The position numbers were made by a program, and so were the translations under genes. A DNA stretch of 64,000 nucleotides from Chiloscyllium plagiosum (Eukaryota), in contig NC_057753.1 of NCBI RefSeq assembly GCF_004010195.1, positions 8,341,309 through 8,405,308 on the forward strand, written 5' to 3'. The notes under the pieces are model-generated. The model made no database searches and had not been told where the DNA came from. It saw only the letters and a program-made list of their open reading frames with translations. Below, in pieces: positions 50,128 through 63,320 of this stretch; the first letter of the stretch is position 1, and each line of letters begins with the position of its first letter.

Positions 50128-53045
50128 AAATGCATTCAAAGTTAATGAATCTCCTACTGTTGCAGGTAGCGTGTTCCACGTCCCTACTACGTTCTGAGTT
50201 AAGGAACTACCTCTGACATCTGTCCTATATCTATCACCCCTAAATTTAATGCTATGTACCCCCGTGCTAGCCATCACATTCCGAGGAAAAAGGCTCTCAC
50301 CGTCCACTCTATCTAACCCTCTGATTATCTTATATGTTTTCATTAAGTCACCTCTCAACCTTCTCTCCAACGAAACTAGCCTGAAGTACCTCAGATGCTC
50401 CTCATAATACCTTCCCTCCATCACATGAAAGATGGTAGTAAATTTCCTCTGAACCCTTTCCAAAGTTTCCAAATCCTTCCTATAATGCAGTGATCAGAGC
50501 TGTAGGGAAAACTCCAAGTGCGGCTGCAACATGTTGGTACAACTGCAGCATGACCTCATGACCCCGAAACTCAATCCCTCTATCAATAAAAGTTAACACA
50601 TAATTGGCCTTCTTAACAAGCCTATCAACCTGGGTGACAAATTTCAGGCACATATGTACATTGCCGGCGAAACCTGTCTGCTTATCTTCACTGCCAAGAA
50701 TCTTACCAATAGCCCAGTAATCTTTATTCCTTTTGCTCCTTTCAATGTCAATGAAATCACATTTTTCTGCGCATTAAACTTCATTTGCCACTTTTCCTCC
50801 CAGCTCTGCAGCTTTTCTAAGTTCCTGTGTAACCTGCAATGTCCTTTGGCCCCATCCACAATTCCACTGACATGAGTGTCCTTTGCAAATTTGCCAATGC
50901 ATCCTCCTACGCCCTCATACCGGTCATTTATAAAAACGACAAACAAGAGTGGCCCCAAAACAGTTCCATGCGGTACATCACTAATAACGGAACGCCAGAA
51001 TGAACATATCCATCGTCCTCTGTCTTCTTTCAGCGAGCCAATGCCTGATCCAAACTGCTGAATCACCCTCAATTCCATGCCTCCGTATTTTGTGCAATCG
51101 CCCACCGTGTGGAACCTTATCAAACGCCTCACTGAAATCAATATGCACCACATCAACTGCTTTAACCTTATCCACCTGTTTGGTCACCTTCTCAAAGAAT
51201 TCAATAAGGTTTGTGAGACAAATTCTACACTTCACAAAACCGTGCTGACTATCCCTAATCATCTTATTCCTTTTCAGGTAATTTAAAATCCTATCTCTTG
51301 TAATCTTTTCCAACAATTTACACATAAGCAAAGTAAGGCTCACTGGTCTATAATTACAAGGGTTGTCTCTACTCCCCTTCTTGAAAAAGAGGGCAAGATT
51401 AGCTATTTTCAATTTTCTGGCATTATTCCTATCGACAATGACGCCATATAGATCAAAGCCAAAGTCTCTGCAATCTCCTACCTGGCTTCCTAAATCCCAT
51501 CCGACCCAGTGGTCTTATCTATTTTCACATTTTCCAGTATTACTAACACTTCAGTCTTGCTAGTCCTGTAGACTATATCTCAGTAACCTCCTCGACAACA
51601 TTGTCCTTTTCCAGTGTGAATACGGACGAAAAATATTCATCCAAAGCTTCTCCAATTTCCTGGACTCCACGCTAAACTTCCAACTACTGTACTTGATTCG
51701 CCCTAATCCTGCCCTAGGAGAAAGCGAGGACTGCCGATACTTGAGATCAGAATCGAGAGTGTGGTGCCAAAAAAGCACAGCAGGTCACGCAGCATCCGAG
51801 GAGCAGGAGAATTGATGTTTTGGGCATAATCGATCTTTTGGGATTCTTGATGAAGGACTTGCGCCCCTGCTGAATTAGTCTAAACCCCCTTTAAGAGCAT
51901 GAACAAATCCCCCCTCCAACGATATTGGTACCCCTCTGGTTTAGGTGCAGACCATCCTGTTTGGTAGGGTTCCAGCTCTCCCAGAATGAGCCCCAATTAT
52001 ACAGGTATCCGAAACCCCCTCCTGCACACCCTGTCGCCACATGTTCGACTCCTCTCTCTTCTTATTTCTCGTCTCACTAACACGTGGCACAGGTAACATA
52101 TCGGAGATAACAAATTCTTTCGTTCTAATTCCAATCTTTCAATCTAGCTCCCTGAATGTCTGCCTTAAATCCCCTCCCCATTTCCATCCAAAGTCACTAG
52201 TGCCTATGTGGACCAAGATTAGGGTCTGGTCCACCTTCCCATCAAGGATCCTGAAAACACGTTCCAAGACATCACAAACCCTGGCACACACACCAACCAT
52301 GATTCTGTCTCGTTCCCACAGAACCTGCTATCTGTCTCCCTAGCTATGGAGTCGCTGACGACTAATGCTCTGCTTCTCTGCCCCCTTCGCTTCTGAGCAA
52401 CGGGGACAGAATCTGTGATATCGACCTGTACTCCATGGCTCACCCCTGGTACGACACTCCTGACAGTATCCAAAACGGTATACTTGTTAATAATGGGAAC
52501 GACCATAGGGAATCCCTGCACCACCTCCCGCTTCTCTTTCCGTTTCCTGATGGAACCCCTTCTGTATTGTTCTTGTACAAAAGGTGTGACAACTTTCCTG
52601 TAACTCCACTCAGTAACTCGCTCTGTCTCCCGAATGATCCGAAGTTCATCCATCTTCAGATCCCCTTCCCTAACATGGTATTGGAGGAGCTGAAGTTGGA
52701 AACACTTCCTGCAGATAAATTCAGCAGGGACAGTCGTAGTGACCCTTAACTTGTACATTCTGCTGCAGGAATATTTAACTGTCTGAACCTCTTCCCACTT
52801 TTATAAATTCCCAAAGAGACGATTGAAACTTAAAGAAATAAAAACAAGACGAGATATATTACCAATCCGCCGTACAGAACTTTTTTTTTGTTGGTGGAGA
52901 TGGATGGATGGGAGACACTACTGAAGCAGCGTTACGGACAAGGCAATCGCTCAAATACATTTCGTCACTTACGCAGCAATCCTATGTCTGCTTCTGTTGC
53001 GGGTGCACTCTGCCTATTCACGAGGTAAGTTTTTAAAGCAGGGAT
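50128..53045 (-). mobile_element. CR1 LINE with 5' UTR, ORF1 (zinc finger, coiled coil, esterase) and RT; about 1.2 kb including APE replaced by a Penelope terminus
   Basis: FICRKCFQLQLL, RALVVSDSI; NYRPVSLT, QHGFVK, VLGPLLF, LERVQRKF. Confidence 0.93.
51716..51868 (-). repeat. Penelope terminal-repeat fragment with a short inverted piece
   Basis: AAAGCGAGGACTGC..AAGCACAGCAGGTCACGCAGCATCCGAGGAGCAGG..GTTTTGGGC, then plus-strand TTGATGAAGGACTTGCGCCC. Confidence 0.8.
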
Positions 53046-53049
53046 TTAC

Positions 53050-53975
53050 CTTCCTGGAAACCCTCTAGTCGTCGCTCTATCCCTTCCTCCCAATTCCTGT
53101 ACTTTGTCGGATCTGCTCGCAGGCGGACCAGTTCCACGTCCTAGATGGCCTCCTTCTTCAAGGACCGCAGTTTCCCCTCCTATGTGGTCACCAATGTCTT
53201 TCAGCGCATCTCCTCCACTTCTCGCACCTCCGACCTTGAATTCCACGCCCTCAATCGCAACAAGGATAGAACCCCTCGGTCCTCACCTTCCACCCCACCA
53301 ACCTCCAGATACAACATATCATTCGGCGCTATTTCGGCCACTTACAAACAGACCCACCACCAGAGATATCTTTCTCTCACCACCCCTATCTGCGTTCTGC
53401 AGCAACCATTCCCTCCTTGTTTCATCCATGTACCCCACCAACACACTTTCCACTTCTGGAACCTTCCCTTGCCACCGCAAGAGGTGTAAATCCTGTGCCC
53501 ATACCTCCCCACTCACCTCCATCCAAGGTCCCAACGGATCCTTTCACACTCGACAGTGATTTTCCTCCACCTCTACACATGTCATCTACAGTGTCCGTTG
53601 CTCTCGATGAGGTCTCCTCTACATTGGGCAGACAGAATGCTAACTTGCAGAATGTGTCAGAGAACATCTCTGGGACACATGAACGAAACAACTCCACCGC
53701 CCTGTGGCCGAACACTTCAACTCCCCGTAGCACTTCACAAAGGACATGCAAGTGCTGGGCCTGCTCCACCGCAAGATTCTAACCACACAATGCCTGCAGA
53801 AAGAACGCCTCACCTTCTGCCTTGGGACTCATCAACTACCCGGGATAAATGTCGATTTCGCAAGCTTCCTCATCTCCCTGCCTCTCCACCTTATCCCAGA
53901 TCCAACCATCCAAATCGACACCGCCCCCTTCCAGTCCAAATTCCTTTCCACCTATCTGCTCTACCCTCCACTCAG
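53050..53975 (+). mobile_element. Penelope fragment: RT thumb, linker and GIY-YIG
   Basis: MASFFKDRSFP, GTFPCHRKRCKSC, VIYSVRCS..LLYIGQT, EHFNS. Confidence 0.9.
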
Positions 53976-54619
53976 CTCAGAATGAAAGGATGCATGTGTT
54001 TATGTTGATGCTGTGCAGCTGTGGTCATCCAATCGCGATATGGTGAGGTATATGAGATGTTCTGCATCGTTTTTCCCAATCTGCATTGTGTAGCCTTGTC
54101 CAGTTCACCTACTGGCTGTGCTGCACTGCTCGATTTTGACATAAGATCCCAGTGTGCAGCAATCAACCAGAACCCCCTGTGTGCCCAAGGCAACCTACCT
54201 ACACCTTGAAAAGGATAGGCACAAGACTTGGTATTTGTGCGTTTGCTCACTGCTGACCGCCTGGTGCAGGAAACAGAACAGGGCTCATTCTTTTTCAGAA
54301 ACGGAATTTGAAACACTGGAGAATCTAAACAGCTCTGTCAGTATCTGGGAAGATAACAACATTTAAAATTTCGTTTCAAGTGACCCATTGCAATTTCTTT
54401 TCCTAGACTTCTTTCTCCAACTTCCGCAGCACTGCCAGTGGAAGAAATATCCCTTGACACCCTTCAACCATTTGCATTCAAACTAGCAAACACATCTCTC
54501 CAAGAGTTAACAGCGCATGTTCCAATATCATGCTCCCATTTAATTCAGGTTGTAAGATTTCCATCATTGTCTCGATGTTTCAGTAGTACGACATTATTAT
54601 TCTATGCTCACTGAGAAGC

Positions 54620-56360
54620 AAATTGACGTATTATCGATGGACAACATGGCTTTGTGCGGAGGAAGTTGTGCCTCACTAACTGGATCAAGTTTTCTGAGGA
54701 GGTGACGAAAATAATTAATGATGGAAAAGCGTTTGATGCTTAGATTACTTACAGTGTGGAAACAGGCCCTTCGGCCCAACAAGTCCACACCGCCCCGCCG
54801 AAGCGCAACCCACCCATACCCCTACATTTACCCCTTACCTAACACTAGGGGCAATTTAACATGGCCAATTCACCTGACCTGCACATCTTTGGATTGTGGG
54901 AGGAAACCGGAGCACCCGGAGGAAACCCACGCAGACACGGGGAGAACGTGCAAACTCCACACAGTCAGTCGCCTGAGGCAGGAATTGAACCCGAGTCTCT
55001 GGCGCTGTGAGGCAGCAGTGCTAACCACTGTGCCACCGTGCCACCATGCTGTCTACGTTGACTTCAGTACAGTCTTTGACAAGATCCCAATGGCAGACTG
55101 GTACAAAAGGTGAAGTCACATACTATCGGGGTGAGCTGGAAAGATAGATACATATCTAGATTAGCCATAGGAGATAGAGGGAAGCGATGGAAGGATTCTT
55201 TTCGCAATGGAGGGCTGTGATTAGTGGTATTCCACATGGATCAGTATTGGGATTTCTGCTGGCCATGATCTACATATATGATTTGGAGAAAAACGTAGTG
55301 GTCTAATTAGGAAGTTTGTGGACGATTCAAAGATTTGTGAATTTGCGGATAATGAAGAGGATTGTCAAAGGACACAGTAGGATTTATATCAGTTGGAGGC
55401 GTGGGCAGGAAAAATAGGCAAATTGTGTTTAATCCGGACAAATACGAGATGATACGCTTTGGAAGGTCAAGTGCAGGTGGAAAATATAAAGCGAATGGCA
55501 GTACCCTTTCAGTATTTATAAGCAGAGGGACCTGGGTGTGCAGTCCACAGATCTCTGAAGGTCGTAGTGCAGGTCGATAAGGTAGTGCAAAAGGCTTATG
55601 GCATGTTTGCCTTGATTGGAAGGGTTAATGAGTATAAGGATAGAAAAGTTATGCTGCAGCTTTACGAAAGTTTAGTGAAGCCACACTTGGAAGCCACTTT
55701 AGTGAAGAAACACCTGGAAGAATAAATGAATACGAATGGAAAAGAGCAAGGCAGATAGAAAAGTTATGCTGCAGCTTTACGAAAGTTTAGTGAAGCCACA
55801 CTTGGAATTTTGCCTGGAGTTCTGATCTTCACAAAATCGGAAGGATGTGGATGCTTTGTAGAGTCTCCAAAAAACGTTTACCAGGATGGTACCTTGTATG
55901 TCGAATTTCCACTATGAAGAAACGGTGGATTGACTGTGTTGGCTTTCATTAGAACGTAGGAGTTTGAGGGGCGACCTAATAGAAGTTTATGAGATTGTGA
56001 ATATAGCATGAACAGTGTGGAAAGTATGAGGCTTTTCCCCAGGGTGAAGGGGTCAATTATTAGGGGACACAAGTTCAAGGTGCGAGGGGGATGATTAAGA
56101 GATAGGCTAGGTCAGTTTTTCACACAACGTGTGTTGAGTGCTTGGAACATGGAGCCAGAGAAAGTCTTGGAAACAAACACAATAGCAGCATTCAAGAAAC
56201 ACCTGGAAGAATAAATGAATACGAATGGAAAAGAGCAAGGCAGAACCTGTAAGTGAACACAGTTCTCAGGTGGAGAGGCAAATGTGATAGTGCAGACTTG
56301 GAAGACTGAAGGGCATGCTCCTGTGCTATATTGTTATTTGTTTTTTGTTGTTGTTCTTTG
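54620..56360 (+). mobile_element. Older CR1 RT and 3' end, interrupted by a SINE and a templated duplication
   Basis: QHGFV..SCLTN; VYVDFS.VFDK; FVDD; FNPDK; 3' UTR CTGAAGGGC..CCTGTGCTATA. Confidence 0.9.
54741..55045 (-). mobile_element. HE1-type V-SINE, full length, with 5-bp TSD ATGCT
   Basis: Near-identical to 11549-11850; ATGCT at 54736-54740 and 55046-55050. Confidence 0.96.
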
Positions 56361-56399
56361 CGTTGTTAATCTGTAGTCTGCAGCATAACCTTTGCATCT

Positions 56400-56710
56400 C
56401 CACTACTATGGGACAACACTACTATCATAGGGCAAGCCAGACAGAGAACAGCCAGGGAATTTCTAGAGGCATGGCATTCATCCACAAACTCCATCAACAA
56501 ACACATCGACCTGGCCCCAATATACCAACCACTACAGCGGACAGCTGAAACTGACAACCGGAAGCGGCAGGGACAGACCACTATAAACACCGGAGGAAAC
56601 ATCAAAGAAGCGCTTCGCAGGAGGCTCCCAAGCACTGATGAAGTCGCCTAGCCAGGGGACGAAACGTTTGCAACAAAAACTTCCAGCTCGGCGAACAGAA
56701 CCACAACAAT
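56400..56710 (+). mobile_element. Penelope 3' end
   Basis: IIGQARQRTAREFLEAWHS..SINKHIDL.PIY, followed by a hammerhead-bearing terminus. Confidence 0.9.
56632..56671 (+). ncRNA. Minimal type I hammerhead ribozyme motif
   Basis: GCA-CTGATGA-A-GTCGCCT AGCC AGGGGAC-GAAA-CGTT-TGC. Confidence 0.75.
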
Positions 56711-56884
56711 GATCAACGTTATGTTGATGAAAGAGGAACTTGAATAACTTGCATTCTGACAATTTGAACGCTGTCACAAGATAAATGGACAAAACAGAAA
56801 TTCGTTGGTACCGCAGCTGTGTTCATCATGAAAAAAGGACATCATTTAACAGATTCGTATAATTCCTTCCATTACTGACGATCT

Positions 56885-59465
56885 AACATGGAACATCGAA
56901 CATTACATTGCAGTTCAGGCACTTTATCCCTCGATGTTGCGCTGACATGTAGAATCAATCTGAAGCTTATCTATCCTGCACAGTTCCGCTTTCATCCATA
57001 TGTTTATCTAATGACCATATAAATGCTCTTAAAGTTGGCGAGTCTACACCTGTTTCAGGTAGTGTGTTCCATGACCGTACTACTCCCTGAGTAAAGAAAC
57101 AACCTTTGGCATCTGTCCTATATCTATCGCCCCTCAATTTACAGCTATGCCCCCTTGTTTTAGCCATCACAATCTGAAGAAAAAGGCTCTCACTGTCCAA
57201 CCTATCTAACCCTCTGATTGCCAACTCTTAACATTCTTTTCTCGAACTAAAACAGCCTCAAATCCTTCGCCTTTCTTCATAATACTTTCCCTCTATAACA
57301 GGCAACATCCGAGTAAATCTCTTCTGAACCCTTTTCAAAGCTTTCACATCCTTCCTACAATGGAGTGACCAGAACTGTATGCAATACTCCAACTGCGACC
57401 GCACCAGAGATTTGCAAACCTACAGCATGATCTCGTAGGTGCAAAACTCAATTCCAATAAAAGCTAACACACCGTATGCCTTCTTAACAACCTTATCAAT
57501 CTGGGTGGCAACTTTCAGGGATCTTCGTATGGTGGACACCGAGATCCCTCTGCTCTTCTACACTGCAAAGAATCTCAACATTATCCCAGTACTCTTCATT
57601 CCTGTTGCTTCTTCCAAAGTGAATCACCTCACACATTTTCACATTTGCCACCTCTCATCTCAGCTCACAGCTTAACTATACCAATCTGTAACATGAAAGC
57701 TCTTTCAGTACTATTCAAAACTCCACCGACCTCAGTGTCATCCGCAAATTTACTAACCCATCCTTTGATGTCGTCATCTCGGTCATGTATAAAAATGACA
57801 AATACCAATGGCCCAAAAAATGATCCTTACAGTAAAGTACTAGTCACGGAACTCCTGGATGAACATTTCCCATCGACCACTACCCTCTGTCTTCTTTCAA
57901 TGAGCCAATTTCTGATTCAAACTGCTGAATCACTCTCAATACCATGCCTCCATATTTTGTGCAATAGCCTACAGTGGTAAATCTTATCAAACGCCTTACT
58001 GATATCTATATACAACACACCAACCGCTTTATCCTCATCTACCTGTTTGGTCACCATCTCAAAGAATTCAATAAGGTTTGTGGAGCGAGACCTGCTCTTC
58101 ACAAAACCGTGTTGACTATCCCTCATAAGGTTATTCCTCTCTGGATGATTATAAAACATATCTGTTATTTCCTTCCCCAACAATTTACCCACAACCGAAG
58201 CAAGGCTCACTGGTCTATAATACGATGGTTCTCTCTACTCGCCTTCTTGAACAAGGGAACAACATTTGCTATCCTCCAGTCTTCTGGCACTTTTCCTGCA
58301 GACAATGACGACATGAAGGTAAAAGCCAAAGGCTCGGCAATCTCATCCCGGGCTTCCCAGATAATCCTAGGATAAAACCCATCTGGCCCAGGGGACATAA
58401 CTATTTTTACATTCTTCAGACTTGCTGACACCTCCTCCTTGTGAACCTCAATCCCGTCTAGTCTAGTAGCGTGTACCTCAGTATTCTCCTCGACAACATT
58501 TTTTTCCAGTGTAAATACCGAGAAAAAATATTGATTTGCGCTTCAACTATCTCGACGTATTGCATGCACAACTTTCCACTCTTGTCCTTGATTGACCCTC
58601 ACTTCACTCTTTTCATTCTTTTAATCCTGATATACCTATACAAAGTTTTAGGGTTTTCCTTGATCCTAACTGAAAACGACTTCTCATTTCCTCTTCTGGC
58701 TCTTCTTAACTCTCTCTTTAGGTCGTTCCTGGCTAACGTGTAACTCTACCTAACCAAACCTTCATGCCTCATCCTAACATACGCCTTCTTCTTCGTCTTG
58801 ACAAGAGATTTAGCTTCTTTAGTAAACCATGGCTCCCTCGCTCGACTACTTTTTTCCCTGCCTGACATGTACATACTTACCAAGGGCACACAGTAACTGA
58901 TCCTTGATAAGCTCCACATTTCAATTGTGCCCATCCCCCTGAAATTTCCTTCTGCATCCTTTCCATCCTAAATCTTGCCTAATCGCATCATAATTACCTA
59001 TCCCCTCGCACTAACTCCTGTCCTGCCTTATATACCTATCCACTTTCATTGCTAAAGTAAACATAATCGAATTGTGGTCACTAGCACCAAAGTGCCTACC
59101 TACCTCCAAATTTAACACCTCACCTGGTTCATTGCCTAGTACCAAATCCAATGTGGCCTCGCCCCTTGTTGGATTGTCTATGTACTGTGTCAGGAAAGCA
59201 TCCTGTACACATTTGACAAAAAATACCGACCCATCTAAATTATTTGAACTACAGTATTTCCAGATAATACTTGGAACGTTAAAGCCTTCATAACAACTAT
59301 CCTGTCACTGTCGATTCTGTCCAGAATCATCTTTGCTATCCTGTCCTTTACATCTCTGGAACTATTCGGAGGCCGAAAAAAATCTCCCAACAGGGCGATC
59401 TCCCCTTTTCTGTTTCTAACCTCACCCCATACTACCTCATTAGACGAGTCTTTTAACATACTTTC
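56885..59465 (-). mobile_element. CR1 LINE, APE to 3' tail (2.6 kb)
   Basis: AACATGGAACATCGAAC tail; FFRPPNS (APE), SPGPDG, QHGFVK, FFTQGVV..WN. Confidence 0.95.
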
Positions 59466-59499
59466 TGCAGGTCATTCAGTCCCTCAGGTCCATAGCGAC

Positions 59500-59630
59500 A
59501 CTCCAGAAAACATCCCAGATAGACCCACCTCACAAATACCTGCAAGCCTGCAATTCCCATCGCCAATCCATCTTACCTGCACATCCCCAGACAGAGGGAG
59601 AAAAACTGAGCACTCAGAGGACACCCTGTG
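59500..59630 (-). mobile_element. Degenerate V-SINE fragment
   Basis: ACCTGCACATCC..GGGAGAAAAACTGAGCACTCAGAGGACACC. Confidence 0.55.
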
Positions 59631-59689
59631 TTCATCAGGTGAAAATAAATTGTGTTATTCGAACGCAAGTAATGTAGATTGGTTAATCA

Positions 59690-60350
59690 ACGTAGATCTA
59701 CAAACCCAAACAAGCAGATAAAACACGTCAAGAATCCCTAGCCACTTTCCCCTACATCAAAGACTTCTCGGAAATGAATCTAGAGTGCTCAGACCCCTTG
59801 ATATCATGGTAGCCCACAAACCCAACAACACTAAAGCAGCAGCTAATGAACTTGAAAGACCCTGTACAGACAAGAAAAACTAATGTCATCTACAAAATAC
59901 CTTGCAAGAACTATAACACTACATTAGTAAAACACGCAGTAAACTAGCCACCAGGATATCAACTAGTCACAAAAAGACATGACCCTCTCTCACTAGTATC
60001 CTTACATACAGGTGAGGAAGGACACCACTTCGATGGGACAACACATTCATCCAAGGAGAAGCCAAACTGAGACACACACGAGAATTCCTCGAAGCATGGC
60101 ATTCCAACCGATACTCTTTCAACAAACACGTTGACTTGGAAAACATTTGCCGCCTCCAGAGAAAAAGAACAGGAAATGACATCATCAAGGACATGATGTC
60201 ACCACAGGAAATGACATCACCGACCCAAGGACAGCCAAACATATAAATAGAAAGCAGGCTACACCACCCGTGCTTCATTCAGAGCTCACTGTAGATGATC
60301 CTAGTATGGTCTAAATAAAGAAACTTCCAGCGCAGCGAGCAAACATGCAT
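59690..60350 (+). mobile_element. Penelope 3' part including GIY-YIG
   Basis: PYIKDFSE, NVIYKIPCK, REFLEAWHS, NKHVDL. Confidence 0.9.
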
Positions 60351-61289
60351 CTGGATTGGTTCACCCACATGTATCCAACGTGCTTCTTGTACAGCCAAGG
60401 TCGTGTGTTTCATCCCCATAAAGGCAAAATCTACCGTCTTCCAGCTACGAATTTTACCTTACGCATTTTTATTGCAACCATCTGCTTACAATGATACTAC
60501 GTGCCTGTCTCATCTTATATCCTGACCATTTCCATGTAATTTAAGTATGGTGGGCAATATGATATACTGCCTGTTGCAGTCGCCGAAAGAGGGATCATTC
60601 TTTTTCAGAAACAAGTATGAGAAAAGAAGCTATGTTACTCAAGTGCACTTCGATTGTTTTATTTGGTTAGTTCAGACGTTTCGAGCAGGGTGTTGATAAC
60701 GCCAATTTCAATCCCCATCCTGCCCAAGTCTGCAGCTTCTGACTGCAAAATTAAAGTTACGAATGTTCCTTTGCAGCATGTGTTTGAGACGGTATTGTGC
60801 GGACATCTCATCTTTTGTCTTCACCAGCTCCATGTAATTGTGATGCGTTGGGAAAGATTGGATTTTTTGCACCGTTTGTCCTTATTGTAATCCTGTAGCC
60901 TCGTCAGTTTAACTCAGTGGCTGTGCTGTGCTGAGTCATTTGATACAACATCCGGTGTAGCAAATGGAATACGGCTCATTCTTTTTCAGAAACAACTAAA
61001 AGTAGAAATTACTGAAGCAACTCCATAAGCCCGGTAGAATCTGGGAAGACACACAGATTCTATGCGTCAATTCAAGCGAATCTTTTCAGATTCCTTTTCC
61101 AAACATATTTCCAAACCATTCCTCAATTGCAAGTGGAACGAATGCCCTGCAATCTCTGCAGGCATTTACATCCCTGTCTATTGTATTTGGATTAAAGTTA
61201 AACGTATAGCGACGTAAAATGAATTGCAAAAATGCAGGAAGTTGCATAAATGGATATATAATGCCATTTAATTTCAACCACACAGAGAA

Positions 61290-61520
61290 GTGGTCTTTGG
61301 GGTATTGTACACACACTGGTCACTAAGCATCTGTCAATTCTAATCCCAGTTGCAACATTTTAAATGTCACCTTGTATACAATGACTTTTCAAGTCCTCAT
61401 TTAAATACTGCTGAAATCTCGTGAAAATTCCTGCTTCTACCATTCTTTTTGTGCAATGAGTTCCAGAAAACGACGACACTCTGGGTGAATTGTTTTACTT
61501 CAAAATCGCCTCTAATTTCC
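61290..61520 (-). mobile_element. Old CR1 3' fragment
   Basis: GAGTTCCAGAAAACGACGACACTCTGGGTGAA is the reverse complement of FTQ.VV..WN. Confidence 0.6.
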
Positions 61521-61744
61521 TGCTTGGTAATTTGTGGAGCAATGTAATATTCTGGAAACTTCTAGGTCTGACAAAGCTGGGGAGAGGCAAACATTAGTAA
61601 GACAGTTCGAGTCAGTTTGTTTCTTTTAGACTGATATACTCATGCCGTTGAAACAATGTCAAATTTTCCCTAAATATAATCCCTATTGATAACTGAAACA
61701 ACACAGATATTCTCTTATGTTAACCATACACGTCAGGGTGTATG

Positions 61745-62006
61745 GGGGGCATAACTACAAATTGAGGGGTGATAGATTTAAGACAGATGTCAGAGGCAGG
61801 TCCTTTACGCAGAGAGGGGTGAGGGCGTGGAATGCCCTACCTGCTAATGTAGTCAACTCAGCCACATTAGGGAGATTTAAACAATCCTTAGATAAGCGCA
61901 TGAGGATTTTGGGATAGTGTAGGGTGACGAGCTGAGAATAGTTCACAGGTTGACGCAACATCGAGGGCCGAAGGACCTGTTCTGCTCTGTATTGTTCTAT
62001 GTTCTA
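61745..62006 (+). mobile_element. Short young CR1 3' end (same subfamily as 2547-5898)
   Basis: Close match to 5781-5897; tail CTGTATTGTTCTATGTTCTA. Confidence 0.95.
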
Positions 62007-63070
62007 AAATTCGCTGGAAGGTCGTAGTCAGAGGGTACTGGTGGTGTATTGTTTTTCAGGCTGGAGACATGTGACCAGTGGTGTACCACAATAATCAGTG
62101 CCGAGGGCGTTGCTTTCTGCCGTTTATAGAAATGACTTGGATGTGAATATCAGAAAAACAATTTTGCAGATTTCAACAAAACGCACAGTGTAGTGGTTGG
62201 TGATGAACTTCAACTCTGAGCACAATGGAACCTTGACCAGATTGGAGGAGGAGCCGAGAAGGAGCAGATCGAGACCAGTTCAGGAAAATTGAGGTGTTGT
62301 ACTTTCGTAATGTAAATTGTGGCAGGATTCTACACTTAATGGTCGGGCGTTGGGAAGTGCACTAAAGAAAGAGACTGTGGGGTACATGTTCATATCTCCT
62401 TGAAGGTCGATGCACAGGTAGACAGATTCGTGAAGAAGATGTTTGGTACACTTACCTTTATTGGTCAGTGCATTGAGTATAGAAGTTCTGATGTCATGTT
62501 GTGGCTGTGCAGCAAATTGGTTCGGCCACTTTTGAAATACTGTTTTTAATTCTGGTCTTCCTGTGCTGTCAGAAATATGTTGTTGAAGTTGACAGGGTGT
62601 TGAAAATGTTTACAATGATGTTGCCGGGTTTGGGACATTTGACAGAAATGGGGAAGATGATGGACTTTTTTCTCTCTGGAACATCGGTGGCGAAGAGGTG
62701 CCTTATAAAGCAGTCTACAATCATGAGGAACATGGATCAGGAGAACAGCCATTTTCTTTACACACAGGGCAAGGGAGTCCACAACTAGACGGCATAGGTT
62801 CTAGTTGAGAGAGGGAAGACACAAAAGCGACCAGGGATCACTTTTCTCCCACAGTCGGTTGCCTGTATATGGAATGAACTGCTAGAGTAGTCGTGAAGAC
62901 TGGTACAAATGTAACATTTAAAACACATCTGGATGTGGCCACGAATAAGAATTGTTTGGAGGGATAGGTTTTAAATGCTGTCGAAAGGGACTACATTAAT
63001 TTAGATTATCTGGCACACATGGACGAGTGGATTGAAGGGTCTATCCTGGTGCTGTACCACTCTATGAATA
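62007..63070 (+). mobile_element. Older CR1 3' fragment
   Basis: VTSGVP, NDLD, IEYRS, WNEL; ends GTGCTGTACCACTCTATG. Confidence 0.85.
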
Positions 63071-63194
63071 TGAGAAACCCGAAGTCTCACAGGTGCTGAA
63101 AGAATGGTATCTCCAAAGAATCGTTTATATATTGACTTCCACAACTAAAGACAGACAACCAAGAAACACCACAACAATTCATTACATGAAGACA

Positions 63195-63320
63195 ATCTGG
63201 CATGAAGAAGGGTTACACTCGAAACGGAGACTTCTGCACCTCCTGATGTTGCTTGGCTTACTGTGTTCTTCCATTCTCCTGCCTGTCTACTTTGGATTCC
63301 AGCATCTGCAGTTTTTTTTT
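63195..63320 (+). repeat. Penelope terminal-repeat fragment
   Basis: ATGAAGAAGGGTTACACTCGAAACG..CTCCTGATGTTGC..TTCCAGCATCTGCAG. Confidence 0.8.
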
